A stretch of 64,000 nt of DNA, taken from NCBI GenBank assembly GCA_034780895.1, contig JAUZTB010000076.1, positions 33,467,675-33,531,674 on the forward strand, given 5' to 3'. A program made the translations under genes and the position numbers. This stretch comes from Rhynchobatus australiae (taxonomy: Eukaryota). The notes beneath the pieces were generated by a model. It saw only the letters and a program-made list of their open reading frames with translations. It did not search any database and was not told the origin of the DNA. Shown in pieces: positions 13,026-26,759 of the stretch. Within the stretch, counting starts at the first letter, position 1; each line of letters opens with the position of its first letter.

Positions 13026-14407
13026 TATTTAAAAATATATACAAGGAGAAGGGGGATTTGTGATTCTAGAGTACCCAGAAAGGGAGCCCTCCCATGAAAT
13101 TGTGAATTTACAGCCCATGATTTTCTGAAAATTAACACCAAATGACAGAAGATCTTGTGGCGAATTCAGATTATACTGTTCTTCTCTGGAATCAATTGCA
13201 TGGTATTAGTGAGAGAAAGAGAGATAAAGTGAGAATCAGTTTACAAAAGATGCAAAGAGTTGGAAAAAAATCAAAAAAAAGAGGAGAATCAATGAAAACA
13301 GAGCTCAGGGATCTATAAAAGTAAATGTACACATTTGGTTATGGGAAGTCAAGGATAAAAGTTCTAAAATCAGAAATGGAATATGAGAACACAGATTTAG
13401 AATGCAAATTTCTGTCAATTTTAAGAAAAAGGAAACTACTTCTTTGAAAAAGTTTTCCCTTGCTCCAGAACATCAATTTGTATTTAAACATTCTTGAGGC
13501 ACTGCTGCGCTACACCTAATGTCAGTGGAGCCATCCATGTAAAAACAATGAAAAGAAAAGATAATGCAAACAGTAGTAGCAAAGAAATTAACTCTAATTG
13601 CTTGAGCCATCTGGAGTTGCAAGAACACAAGCACTTAAGTATGAATAACTAAAGAATGCACTTTACACAGCATTTTTAAAATGGCAACAGAAAGTTTTCC
13701 TGTCACAGCAGTGCTAAATTTAATGTCTTCCTAAAGCAGAAGTAAATGTTGCCATAAAGAAATGCAAAATTTTCTGGCAAATAACCTTCAGGCACTGTCC
13801 CAATATAAATCCTCATATTTGAGGTGAAATGGCAGCAGACAAGATGCCATTCAAGATAAACCACTTCTTTCTCTTCATTCTTTCATTTATCCAAATCACT
13901 GTTATTACCTTTGGATGTGATGCTACATTACAGTTACCATCAGTTTATTTTGAGGTTTTGTGTGGTAAGTGATTAGGTAGCCACAAATGCAATGTTTAAT
14001 GTGGACTTAATTTGATGTACAACCACTCAGTATCTTTCAATGCTCACACACATCTATATGAAATATAAGTGGTTAGCTCACACCCAAGTGCAATTTTTTT
14101 CCTGACATAAAAGTTTCCAGCATAAAGTTAAACAAATCTCTGAGAAGATTCAAGCTAGCAATTTGAGATAAAGTGAAGGTGGAATTTTCTATCTTAAACC
14201 CTGATACAGTCCTCCTGGAGGAATCAGCTCTTGCAGATGTTTACTGTGCTCCTTACACTTCACAAAGTATTGCAACGATTGAGCCAATGTCCTCCTGAAA
14301 TATCTAGTCTAAATCTTAAATTTTGCCACCAGTGCTCAGTGCTGCCCTTTGTTAGAACTTAAATTGAATGAAAATCTGAGCTGGATTCTGTGAAGCTATA
14401 CTGAGCA

Positions 14408-14520
14408 AATGTGAAATACAGCAACTGCAGGAAATCAGAAACAAAAACAGCAGATCAGGCTGCTTCTGTGGAAAGAGAAGCAGAGTTGATATTTCAAGCT
14501 CATGATCTTTCTGCAAAACA
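14408..14520 (-). mobile_element. Penelope-like element terminal repeat fragment
   Basis: CTGCAGGAAATCAGAAACAAAAACAG...TCAGGCTGCTTCTGTGGAAAGAGAAGCAGAGTTGATATTTCA; same repeat as 19856 and 33378. Confidence 0.7.
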
Positions 14521-17280
14521 GAGGCTAAATATCCATAGAAAATTATCTGCAATTGACAGTGTGGCAGCGGGTTGCACTCTGCCTTCAAAATTTATTCCAT
14601 TGACTTCAATGGAATGAATTTCAGAAGCAAAGTACGTTGCACTGNNNNNNNNNNCTAGACAATACACTATGTTTAGCTCTCTCATTGGGGGATGAACTTC
14701 TGGGCAATAATATTTTCATTGCTCTGTTAAAAGCAGCAATGTTTGAACTCAGCTCTTGGTGCTTCCCAAGTGTATTTACAGTCATTTCACTTACTTGACA
14801 AAGTAAGGAACATAAATAGTACACCCAATAAAATTTGGTCTTTTTCTTGCTCCTGATGCCTAGTTCACCTTCTCATATACAGGTAGGTAGACATAAGTTC
14901 AGAGAATGCCTGCTAATGTCACCTGTTAGATTCTGGCTTTGGCAAAGACACGGGCAAAATATACTCTATATGTTTTGTGTAAGTATTTGTAAAGTGAATA
15001 TGAGCATTGTAAATCAGAACACAATTCTCAATCTGAAGTGTTTAACGTTTCGTGCTCTATTGAAGAGGGAAACTGATTGAAACTCTAACCAACTTTAAAG
15101 ATTTTCACACTGGAATGATCAACTTTATCTTGGGCTATCATATATCCACCGGTTTGCCAACACTGTTATTTCACAAAATGGACAACAACTAATTCTTTGC
15201 AAACTAATTCCTTTGTAACTTTTAATCCCTTTTTAATTACAAGATTTAGCAATCTGATTACCTGTCTTGGCTTTTACACAAACAAATGTCAGATTTATTT
15301 TGTCTATCAATACAATTTAATTTTAGAGAAACCATCCCTTTAACTACAGTGCATATTAATGCTTGGAATTATTTAAGAAACTCAGGATATTTTTACCCAG
15401 TCCATTATGTATGAAACCAACCATTCTGGATCCCTATCCTCTTTGCACTTTGCTCAGTGAATGAAACAGATCACAAAGTGAATGTCTTTATATTTTGTAT
15501 TATTTTTACTCAAATAACTTTTAGGTATCTTGTCATCTTTGTTCATTTGGGAATCCTATCAAATTTGAGCAAGGTATGGGTTCCTTTTCCAGGATTTCAG
15601 TACATATTCTGGACTGTCACTACCACAGTAACCAGGAATCTTAATACCCTCAAACAGCAGTGCCCTTCAAATTCTACTGCATAGCCGAATGATTTTTTGT
15701 GCTACTCACTAGAATTTCCCTGAAAAAAATTGACCATGTCCTTCCTTCTCAGCCCTCTATTTATTTCAAATATGAAAGGCAAGAAACATCTGGATGCAGG
15801 CAAAGGTACACAGCAGCCTGTAATGCACAGGCCTACACATAATACAGGAAATATACTTTTCACTTAAGTAATTTTCAGTCATGAATATGGAACTTGCTGA
15901 TGAGCTTCTCAGCCATAAACAAATCTTCACAAGCACTGGAAGGCCTGTTTTTCCTAAGTTCAAGGGAATCTTCCTGACTTCGGCCAGACCATGGAGATTG
16001 ACATTGGGAACCAGCTGGAGGTAAACTCACTTTAAATGAAAAGCTTATTCTCCCCTCAGAAGTTTTTTCTTGGGCAAACTATATATCAACACCTTACTTC
16101 CAAATCCGATCATCCCCAATCTGAACATTATTCTGATTAACCACCGAAGAATTTCCAGGCCAGTTTTTTAAAGTTCTCCAGCCATTAACCTGGAGCTGTG
16201 TAACAGATCATGCTTAAGACAAGGATTTCTGTTGGAGCCAATATTATACCCTCAATCAACATTCTCCCCAATAGGGTTACTTGGTTATTTAGTCAAGCTC
16301 AACATTTACCAATAGATCAATCTATTACATTCGCCAAACATGGCTCAGAACCCTTCCAATGAATGGCAAGATTTATGAAGGCAGCTTTTTGTAACATGGG
16401 CACCTCTAGAATCATCCTCTCATAACTACCTTCATGTGTCAACTCAGAAAGTGAATGTAGGTCAGCTGAATGAAGGTGAAAGGCACCCACAACTGAGCTA
16501 AAGCAGCCTTTACATGATATATATGTGCTATATTTGTCTAAGTGGATCATCATCCGACACCCTGATGAGGAATTCCCGCCACACCCCCACCCAGGGCAGT
16601 GAAGCCAGTTGAAACTAAATTACTATCCAGGCTGAAATGAGCTTGAGAAACATTGATAACTTGTGAAGCAATAATATTGTTACACTAATAGAGGTTGCTC
16701 TTTGTGGTTTGATTAACCAAAGAAACCTAATGTAAATCTTTAGATATAATGGGAATGTTTTAGTTAAGCTCACTTAAATATAGGTCTTAATTTATAAGGC
16801 TGAATGGAATTTGTTGTGGTTTAGCAACACACAGTTTGATTTTACTGCAAAGACAGAGAGAGAAAAAGTTAACTCTAGTGGAATTTTGGAGTTATAACTG
16901 TGTTAACATAAGAGCTTGAGTGAGTAAGCCAAAAAGGTGTTTGGTGAGGTGCAATTTTGCATTTCACCATATGCCCTGGTGTTCAGATACAAAGTGGGTG
17001 ACTTGGATGTACATGACTTTGTAAAGACATCAACAAGATAAAGTCAGCTGTCAAAGGTTTCCAGAAGAGTTTCACAGACAGTGCTTCTACTGGACTGCCC
17101 ACGTATCTCAGTTACTTTGTTCCACCTGCACAGGTCTCACTGTTCGGCAGCAGGATGGCCTCAGCCAGCAAGATTATCTCCATGGACCTAGCCGAGTAAG
17201 TTCAGGGCAATGGGGACTGTGGGTCATTAGTGAGGTTAACAGCCAAATATTACCAAATGAAGAAAATTTCATGATATAAA

Positions 17281-17823
17281 TCTTGGAGTATCATGTTCAG
17301 TTCTGGTTACCTCATTATAAGAAGGATGTAGAAGCTTCAGAGAGGGTGCAAAGGAGATTTACCAGGGTGCTACATAGATCAGAGAAAATGTCTTATGAGG
17401 AAAGGTTGAGCAAGCTAGGACTTTTCTCTTTGGAGTGATGCAGGATGAGGGGCGACTTGATAGAAGTGTATACAATTATGAGGGACATAGATAGAGTGGA
17501 CAGCCAGCACCTTTTCCCCAGGGCAGCAATGGCTAATACCAGAGGACATCAGTTTAAGGTCAGAAGAGGAAAAATTTAGGTGATACATAGGGGCTAGGTT
17601 TTTTGTTACACAGAGCACGGTGGGTGCCTGGAACACACTGCCAGGGGTGGTGGTAGAGGCTGATACAATAGGGACATTTAAAAGACTTAGATAAGCACAT
17701 GGAAGTAAGAAAAATGGAGGGTTATGGGCTGTGTAAGAAGGAAGGGTTAGATTGATCAGGGAGTAGGTGTTTATATAGGTCAGCACGAAGGGTCTGTACA
17801 GTGCTGTACCATTCTTTGTTCTA
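17281..17823 (+). mobile_element. CR1 (HER1-like) LINE, 5'-truncated 3' end
   Basis: Translates to LEYHVQFWLPHYKKDVEASERVQRRFTRVL...RLSKLGLFSLE*CRMRGDLIEVYTIMRDIDRVD, the CR1 ORF2 C-terminus. Ends with the tail GAAGGGTCTGTACAGTGCTGTACCATTCTTTGTTCTA. Confidence 0.92.
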
Positions 17824-17869
17824 AATATTGTCCATGAAATATTTACATCATGAAAATATTGTGATGGGA

Positions 17870-18975
17870 ATTAGTGGCTGTCATCTTCCAAAATTCTACT
17901 GATTCTAAAACAGACCACACAGATTAATAGATAGCAAATGGAACCCCACTATTTGAGAAAGGAGGGAGAGGGAAAACAATGTACCAAAGGCCAGTTAACA
18001 TGATGTCAATATGAGAAAAATGCAAGGATCTGTCATTCTCAAAGTGGTAGCAGGAGACACAGAAAATAATAGGACTGGGAAGAATCAAAGTGGATTTATG
18101 AAAGGGAAAATCATGTTTGACAAATCTATCAGAGATTCTTCTTTGAAGGTGAAACTACCAGATTAGATACAGTGGAACTAGTGAATGTAAATGTATTGGA
18201 CTCCCAAATGGCTTTGATTAGGTGTTACGTAAAAGTTATCATACAAGTGCAGAAAGCAATCAGGAAGGCAAATTGTGTTTACTGCAAGAAGACTGGAGTA
18301 CAAGAGTAAAGCTATCTTAATGCAATTATATACTGCCATAATGTGACAGCATCTAAAATAGTTAAAATAGCGTACAAGGCTGTTTTCCCCACCTAAGGAA
18401 TGATATACTGCAAGGAGTGCGATGAAGGTTCATCAAATCAATCCTTGGGGTCAACTGGGGGGGGGGGGGGGGGGGGCGNNNNNNNNNNNNNNNNNAGACT
18501 GGGCCTATTCTCTCCTAAGTATATAAGAATGAGATGTGACAGTATTGAAGCAAGCAAAATACTATAGGTCTTGACAGGATAGACACCAAGATGATGTTTC
18601 CTCTGGGTCACGTCAGCCATTTAGGACTAAAATGAAAAGAAATTTCCTGTCCCAGATGGCAGTAGGTTCTTGAAACTCTCCTACCCAAAAGGATTGTGAA
18701 GGCTCAATTGCTGAGCTTATTCAAGACAAAGATCAATAGATTTTCCAAGTCAAGTTTATTGTCACATGCACAAGTATAGTGAGGTACAGATACAATAGAG
18801 AACTCGCTTCAATAATATCCTTATTTTTGAGAAGTAACAGATACTAAGTGAATTAATCCAGAAATATGGTCCTGAGGCAAAAAGTCAGCCATGATTTTAT
18901 TGAATGATGTAGCAGATGCTGGGGTGGGGTGGGGGTGGGGCAAACAGCCTACTGCTTCTCTCTCTTATGATGTTG
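17870..18975 (+). mobile_element. Older CR1 LINE with multiple internal deletions
   Basis: Decayed 'ANxTPLFEKGGR...RPV' and 'GFMKGKSCLTNL' motifs, then C-terminal fragments and the tail AGTCAGCCATGATTTTATTGAATG...CCTACTGCTTCT. Contains an N-gap and a poly-G run. Confidence 0.8.
18746..18812 (-). mobile_element. Short non-LTR 3' tail (Rex1/Babar-like) inserted into CR1
   Basis: CAAGTCAAGTTTATTGTCACATGCACAAGTATAGTGAGGTACAGATACAA is an antisense AATAAA plus short tandem tail. It interrupts the CR1 phrase GATCAATAGATTTT... Confidence 0.55.
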
Positions 18976-19304
18976 CACATTTTGATAACACAAAATAATT
19001 TACCTTTCCAAATCCCAGCACCTCCACAATCAAGAAATGGAGCAGAGCTGACAGTCTTCAGCTATCAAAAGATATTTCAGTTGTCTGTGTAAGCCAGTGT
19101 TACCTTACCGTGTGCACATCGGGCAAGAAACAGTCACTGGGAGGGTCTACAATTCCAATGCTTCAATGCGACGGGAAGTCAGTTATATGGGCAAATGTAC
19201 TTTGGAGAGAAGCCAGTGCTGCAGCCCGGAATAGGTGACTCATGCACTACCCAGGCACTGCACCATCATCATAAATAACAGAGTACCTTTAGATAATAAG
19301 CAGA

Positions 19305-19430
19305 AATATTCTGATGAATGATATATCATAAATGTTAACCTATCTTTCCATTTCAGATGCTAATTGGTCTTCTGCACATTTCCAGTATTTTCTTTTTGTT
19401 TTACATACCATAGATGCAGATATTTTTTTT
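19305..19430 (+). mobile_element. Penelope-like element terminal repeat (sense)
   Basis: TTCTGATGAA...AAATGTTAAC...CAGATGCT...TTTCCAGTATTTTCTTTTTGTTTT is the reverse complement of the 19856 repeat. Confidence 0.65.
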
Positions 19431-19855
19431 CAACTCTAAAGTTTTCACAGACTCCTTCATAAAAGTCTCAATTTAGTTTCACTAAAATATATTAAAAAAG
19501 GATTTACTACTTTGAGCTCAATATAAATCCAAATGACTTAACCACTGAATGATTATAAAGTGACTAGAGAGAAACAATGGGCAAAAAGAAATTAAATTTT
19601 GAGGTATTGTGAAAAAATATTTGAACTAAAACCATTCAAGTTGTGATCAAGTAGTTGTGAGTAAAATACTGAACTCTAAGAAAAAGAGTAAACAGGTTTA
19701 ATACAAGTCAGCAAGTTTCAAGCAACTTTATCTGAAGAATGATTTGCTGTACAAAATGTATCTGGGTGATCCTCACATTAGGTTTTACTGAAGGAACTTG
19801 GGCACTTTATGGCCTATTGCAAAATCTGGAAGAATTTTACTTCATAAGGCTAATC

Positions 19856-20865
19856 CGGATGTTGGAAATCTGAAATAAAAACAGAAAATGCTTAAAATAT
19901 GCAACATGTCAGACAGCTTCTATGGAGAGAGAAATAGAATTAACATCTCAGGTCAATAACATTTTATTAGAATTAGGAAAGTTAGAAAGTAAACATATTT
20001 GAAGTTGCATAAAGAATAAAGGGAGTGTCTGTACTCAGGTGGTAAAAGTTTATTCGTCATAGCTGATCCATTTGGAGAAAGTATGAATATAGGGACATGA
20101 ATAAGACAAGAAAGAAAAATGCTGGACTTGTGAGATGCAGAACATAGTGTTTGCCAGAAATCTGAAGTAAAACAGAATACTTAAGTACTTAGCATGTCGG
20201 GTGGCATCTGTGGTGAGAGAATAACTGCGTTAATGTTATAGGCTGGTGAGTTACATCATAACTGGTCAGTTCTGATACAAGCTGAAAAGGTTGATTATCT
20301 GAAATTGCTGAATTTAATTTTGAATCCTGAGAGCTACAACGTGCCTAGAAGGAAGATGAAGTGTTCTTTAACCTGCATTGGGCTTCATTGGAACTGTGGA
20401 AGAGGCCAAAAACTCAGAAGTCAAGGTGCGAGTGGGATGGAGAAGTGAAGCTCTGAGTAAACTTACAGACTGAACAAAGCTGTTCTGCTAAGTGGTCACC
20501 CAATTTGAATTTGGGTTGTCCAACATGGAAGAGGCCATGTCATGAGCACCAAATACAATATTCTAAATTGGAGTAAGTGAAAAGTGAATAACTACTTCAC
20601 TGGAAGGAGTGTTTGGGTCCCTGCATGGTGAGAAAGGAAGAGGTAAAGGGATGTGGGCAAGTGTGGCGAGGAAAGTGATTGTTGATGGTCTACACTCTGT
20701 CAATGACAATACCTCCACTCTTCCCTCTTCTCTGCAACCGAAAATATGTTTTTTTTCTACTTATCGCCATTCTGATGAAATGCTATTGATCCAAAACTTT
20801 GTTTCTCTCTCCACATTTGCAGTTTGACCCACTGAGTATTTCCAGTGTTTTCTGTATTTGCTTCT
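19856..20865 (-). mobile_element. Penelope-like retroelement remnant: two tandem termini, GIY-YIG C-terminal region and one inverted terminus
   Basis: Antisense termini at 19856-19980 and 20150-20270. Minus-strand 20300-20630 gives decayed 'FTSPSHSHLDF*VFGLFHSSNEAQCRLK..HFIFLLGTL*LSGFKIKFSNF', the typical C-terminus of a PLE GIY-YIG endonuclease. A sense terminus lies at about 20720-20865. Confidence 0.85.
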
Positions 20866-21750
20866 TCAATGCATCCAGCATCACCTCTGCAACCAGTGAC
20901 CTTGGCAAGCCCTCAGTTCTGGTTTTTGGTTCTTTTAAATTACCTGCAAATGAAGGGAATTAATCAAAAAGGAAAAAATATAGTTGTCATAGCTGCAGCG
21001 CCCACTGCCAGCTGATTGTCATTAAAAGATGAAAAACAATCTCCCTGAAAGGGGAATGTTACTGTGTGGTCCTCATTCCAAAATGACTCTGGCAATATAA
21101 GAGGTAAATAATTGAAAGCATCTTTGTGCCAAAGACCACTAACTGTCAAGCACTTCAATCTTATTGTGCAGTTGTGACAGTTATTCCTGTTGCTATATTA
21201 ATTTATGCAAATATGCTTACATTGTTCATTTATATCAGTGCAACAGTTCACTTGCTAACACAATCTTTGCTATGAAATGACCCCAGATGTGAAAATACAA
21301 CCATGAGTCCTTCATTAAAACCAATATCAAAAAGGTGAAGTTTTATTTGGCTCCTGGTACTAAAATGGTTAATGTTCTAACAGACATTTTTTAAATGTTC
21401 AAATAATAAAATAAAGTGTGTGCAATTTTTAAACAGAATAATTCTGAACAAAATTGATGCCAAAAAAAAAATCAGCCAGTAATGATGCTCTTGAATTAAT
21501 GAACACTTTTTCAACAGCTAATAAGCCACTTAACCAGTATGAATGACAGAAAGTCTTTGAATGCAGTGTGCAATACTTTTGGAAAATGGTCTAGTGGCAA
21601 ATTTGTAAATCCTGCTCACTGGCCACCCCTATCTTAGAAAGGGAAATGTGCTGAATATTTTGTAGGGCTGGCAGATTCCAAACAAGAAAACTATGTGCAA
21701 ACATACAAGAACGTATAAGTTTTCATGCTCACATTTTTACAGTTAACAGA

Positions 21751-22000
21751 TACATGCACAACTCCTTGATTTACGAATGTTCAATTTATGAATTTTCGCT
21801 ATAGTGCTATTGATTCGCAGGGATGCATGTCTTCCATTTATGAGGCTATTTTTTGCTATAATAAATAGCACACCACTCTCCATGCATAGGAATACACTAC
21901 AGCGTTGCAAATCATCCAGTCTTTTTGAGTTACACGCTATTGCTTAACAGAATGTTTTCCAGAGACTCGTGCTTTTTTTAAATTGAGGAATGGCTATTTA
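21751..22000. mobile_element. Degraded Tigger/pogo-like MITE
   Basis: Imperfect terminal inverted repeats: TACA..ACTCCTTGATTTACGAATGTTCAATTTATGAA at the left and TTTTAAATTGAGGAATGGCTATTTA at the right. Subterminal GCTTAACAGAATGTTTTCCAG parallels the 25.8 kb element. Confidence 0.4.
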
Positions 22001-24391
22001 TATGAACTAAAAATGTGTTTAATGTATTTTCACCTTATAACTGATGAACTTGCATTGATATATATTAACATAAAATAAGGAAGATATTGAAAGTTGTTAG
22101 GATGATTATTTGCATTATGCATGTCAAGAAAGGTTATATTATAGGACAAAATTCCCATTAGTCAAACTGTCATCTGTAAAACCAAAAGTTTAAAGCTGAA
22201 ATCTGAACAAAACAGAAGACTGAATTAAGTCATTAATATAGCAATGTAAAAATGTGAGGAAAATAAACAGAACTCAGAAAATGACAAAAGTTCATAATAC
22301 AATCATTTAGCATCTAAAAAATGTCCAGACTTCTGTTAGAACGCGAGAGAGCTGATATGTTCAAGGGTAGCCTGTCGAAAGATATTGGGAGAGAAATTAG
22401 TCTTTGATGGCTTGCACTTAATTGTGAGAGTATAGGCTCTCAGCAGTATTCACCTCTGCACATTTGGTTCCATTGATCATTACAGTTATGTGCATGTATG
22501 AAGGGAGATGGGGGTAGTGGGTAAATCAGCCAATGAACTTGTGAATCCTTCCTGCTTACTGTCCATATTATTTGAAGAAACAGATCTTAGCATATTGTTT
22601 AAAAGGAAAGAACACATGCCCTATCATGAGCTATTTTCTGTTTCCATCCATATATGCTTAAACTAGTTGAAGAATTGGTTGTCCAAACTGCAGTCATAGT
22701 TTTTCTTCATCCCTCAGAACAAAGTATAAAGTATTTCAGTTCTTTCCGTTGCAACACTTTAAGAACTATGGAGCCATTCAACTTAACCAATTTGCCTCTT
22801 CACCTATGACTCATCATTTTAGAGAAACATTAAAACATTTCATGAATTATAACTTTAATGGAATCAAGTAAATTGCAATTAGCTCCCTAAATTTAGATCA
22901 TAATTTATAGCCTGTTAAATTCTACAGCAATGCAAAAGTAGCTCAGTTAATCTTTTGCTGCATTGCATATGTAGAGGGTGGACATAAATATGCAGGTAGA
23001 CATTTATTGCTGTACCACACAAAATTAATAATTACATCACCTTTAGTTTTTCCTTTAGTTAATGCAAGTGATTTAAAGAATTCCTATCATACATATGTGT
23101 AACAGACAGTAAACTATTCAAATAAAACTAGTATTTTGACATCATGCATATGATGTTTGCACCATTTCAGCTCAGTAATAACTGTGTTAAAGTATAGTAG
23201 ATCACATTTATCATCTACTAAAGATTCTAGCTGTAATGTTACTTAGCCAACATTCAGGATTAAAGGCTTCATGTTCTGTTATAGTTCATCAATTTCAACA
23301 AGACTACAGAAAATGTTTTCTTTCAGGAAAATGAAATCTGAAAACCAGATTTATACTGTTGAAAAGTGGAATATTTAGTCATTTGTATAGCTATTTCATA
23401 ATGCAAGGAAACAATAAGACTGATTTCCACACGTTGATAATTTTTCTATGAAAAAATACTTAGGGATTGGTTGGGAAGTGAACACAACTACAAAGAAAAA
23501 CAAAAGCTATGGAAAAGAAGGGTTTGACTGCTGGTACATTATTTAATCACTACTTCAGCTTACAAATGCACTCAGAAAAAAAACTTTCAGTGTTTCCCTC
23601 ACAAGCCAGTAACCAATCTGCATGAATAATTTATCACTTGTCTCAATGATCTGATCATTCATTAGAGGAAATAAATTATCGTTGAGTCTTCATTCCATGT
23701 AAGAAGCTTTTCTTGAGCCATTAAAGAAATGAATAAAATAATTTTTGCACTTTGAGCTGATGTTTGGATCTATGACCATGTAAAGCAAAACTCCATGTCA
23801 CGCCTTGCAAGATTTAGGTCCCATACTGGAAACAGCCTTAACTAAGTACCAATTCTGATACAATTCAACTTTTTTAAAAATTTAGCAAGGCTTTGTGCCA
23901 AGAACACACAACATCATGCCACAGTCTTCCAAAATGCAAAAGAATCACCTCCAGTTATTTTGATACCAACACTGGTTTCCTCCCTGGCCTACCATGATGT
24001 GTTGTAGGTATTAAATTTATAATCAGTTTGCCTCATCCCTCCCTCCATATCTTGTAGACCAGATAATTGAAGTCAACTTCAATGAGCTATTCAAAACACT
24101 TGCAGCACAGGCAGTAAAAGGAGAGCCCAAGAAATACAACAATATTGACTAGTCTTGTTTCAATATTAACTTTCATTAACCTGGGCATGTACATCAATTT
24201 GTAAGCTATTTAAGGATCATTTTCAAGGTTTATGTTATCAAGCAACTGCAATATACAATTCACAAAAAAAACAAGGAAGCTCCTGATTCACTGAAGCAAA
24301 TTGTTATGATCTGCAATTCCAAAAAATCCTTCTTCTAAATTTATATTCCAGAATAAATGTTGCTGTTCATTCAGGCAACCTACTGCTTTTG

Positions 24392-24455
24392 AAAAGCAAA
24401 AAACCTACTGATACTGAAAATCTGAAAAAAAATAGACAATGCTGAGGATACTCTG
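24392..24455 (-). mobile_element. Penelope-like terminal repeat, short fragment
   Basis: AAAAGCAAAAAACCTACTGATACTGAAAATCTGAAAAAAAATAGACAATGCTGAGGATACTC matches the start of the 19856 repeat. Confidence 0.6.
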
Positions 24456-25800
24456 CTGCTTGTTCCAGTTCCTGAGTGCTTTCACTGGTTGACAGTGACT
24501 ACTGTTTAAATATAGGTACCTTGTTTCGAGAGCAGGATTAGATCACAGCTCCTTTTGTGTAAGGACTCCTGAAGCTTCAACAGATACCAGTACACCTGGG
24601 AATCAGCTCCTCTCCCAGGTGGGTCTCATTTACTCTTCAGTAGTTTTGTGTTGTATAAACATGCTAGTTCCAACTGGGACTCTGCATCAGTGATTAGTAC
24701 AAATTGCTTCAAGTGCCAGACCACCCACACCCACCCGATTTCCCCATCTCCAACCCACACAGTCTACTTTTAACAGCATTTTTTGTTACTTTTCTGTTTT
24801 TTTAAGAACAATAAATAGTACCACATCATCTGATGAAGGAAAACAAAGTTACTTTAGGCAATTCAATGCTTCCATCTTCTGCAACTGAAATACTGTATTT
24901 TGTTTATATGACTAAGACTTTGGCCAAGAATATCCCATCAACACCAAAGTAACTATGCTCACAGATGATTGTGGAATTCTCAGAGATAGCATACCATAAC
25001 CAAAAAAAAGAAATGTTAAAATATTTTTATACATATGCAGAGTGTTAAATATCGAACAGAATACATGCATATACTTAAGGTATCTTCTTAATTTATTCCT
25101 TATGTTTTTTCTAATATATATTTTTAACAAACTTTTAAATTCCCTTTATTTTCAAACATTGATGTGATTTATTTAATGCTTACATACACAAGATCAATTT
25201 CCTCAGAGCTAAATATTTTCTTAAATTATAGCTAAAGGCTTTGTACTTAATTTAAAATTATCTGGTCTTCAAAGTTTGTATTTTGGGGGTATTTTACAAT
25301 GGGACTAGCTTGCAAATATCATAAATACTAGTAAATGTAAGTAACCTCCCCTGATTGCAGTGGGTAATGCTGCAAACATGACAGCCTGACAGGATAAATT
25401 ACTGTATAGAAGTTAACTTAAGGATTTTCACTTACCATGCAAAGAAATCCTTAAAGGTCCCACATTTTTGTAACCGACATTGTACTGGCCCATGCACAAG
25501 TCCCATTTACTTTGTGGGAATCCCTGGTGCCAAGCAAAGCCTCACCAATTGTATCTGGGGCACAACTTTACAAGAACTGCCTATGTAAACTTATCACTAT
25601 GAAATCACCATTTCTGACATTTCAATATGTGAAAGGGAAGATTTAGTGGAATTCCACACATGATGTCCAGACCAAATGATGAAGGTGATTTAAAATCATA
25701 CATGCTGTTCTAATTTTTATACATCCATCTAATTACATTTTATTGCTAGCAGTTAAATAACAAAAATTAACATAATTTGAGAAGCAATCTGACACAGTTA

Positions 25801-26121
25801 CAGGGGCTTCCCAGATTTAGGATGACCTGACTTATGGAAATCCAACTTTATGCAAATNNNNNNNNNNNNNNNNNNNNNNNNNNNNNNNNNNNNNNNNNNN
25901 NNNNNNNNNNNNNNNNNNNNNNNNNNNNNNNNNNNNNNNNNNNNNNNNNNNNNNNNNNNNNNNNNNNNGTTAGGGTGAATATTCAATGAAATAGAAAATA
26001 TATGTACAGTAATACCATAGAAAACTATATTACTATAGAAAACTGACATTTGTGTCATGGAAAAATTGGCTTACGGACAGTTCTTAGGAACAGAATCCTT
26101 ATGTACCCCAAGGACTGCTTG
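25801..26121. mobile_element. Tigger/pogo-like (Tc1/mariner superfamily) MITE with TA flanks; contains an assembly gap
   Basis: TA|CAGGGGCTTCCCAGATTTA... at the left and ...TGTACCCCAAGGACTGCTTG|TA at the right are imperfect TIRs with TA on both sides. Subterminal GACTTATGGA / GGCTTACGGA. Confidence 0.6.
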
Positions 26122-26733
26122 TAACTGAACAATCAAAGTTATTCTGTAGTAGTGGCAGAAGAGTTAAAAGCCTGGTTTACAAACTTGGTGAAAGGCGCCC
26201 CCACCCTACCAACTTCTAGCCTCCCCTCATCCATCTCCCCCTGTGGAAATGTGATAAAGTTAGAACTGGGGTGTAGTTATATAAAAAAATCATTAAACAT
26301 TTATAATTTGTGGGGACAGGTGGGTGGTGAAACAAATCTGAATGAAGTGGGACAGAGCAAAAATAGTTTGGGAACCTCTGTGTTGGTAGATGTCAAAGAA
26401 AAAGCCTGGAGCTCTAAAGTGTCAGAAGATTGAAAAGGCAGCATATGTTTACATGAGCAGTTCCCCTTTCTAACTCTGAGCAGAGGAATTTATAATGGCA
26501 CATGGGCAGCATAAAAGTTTGATCAAAACTTGTGGAAGGAAATCCACAGGAGTACACATTTTTAATAACATTATGGAAATATGCCTGATATTTGGGTAGA
26601 TTCTACTCTGAAGATTTTTTAACAGCTTGTCCAATAAGTAAAAAGGCAATGCTGTTGTCATACTCATAGGGGGCAGAAGATAAAAGAATCAACTTTCTGT
26701 CTGCGTTGAGGTAGATGATAGTTAACAATTGCA

Positions 26734-26759
26734 GTGTGTGTGTGTGTGTGTGTGTGTGT
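26734..26759. repeat. (GT)n microsatellite
   Basis: Perfect GT run read directly. Confidence 0.95.

Noticed and set aside
16561-16580. CTGATGAG followed by a short palindrome as a hammerhead or snoRNA box
   Set aside because: No GAAA after the stem and no partner box or terminal stem. The same applies to CTGATGA at about 24830.
16620-17260. Possible second, old LTR
   Set aside because: Composition is suggestive, but I could not find TG...CA termini with a TSD.
18456-18476. Poly-G run as a biological G4 element
   Set aside because: Directly abuts an assembly gap, so its length is unreliable and it may be a sequencing artefact.
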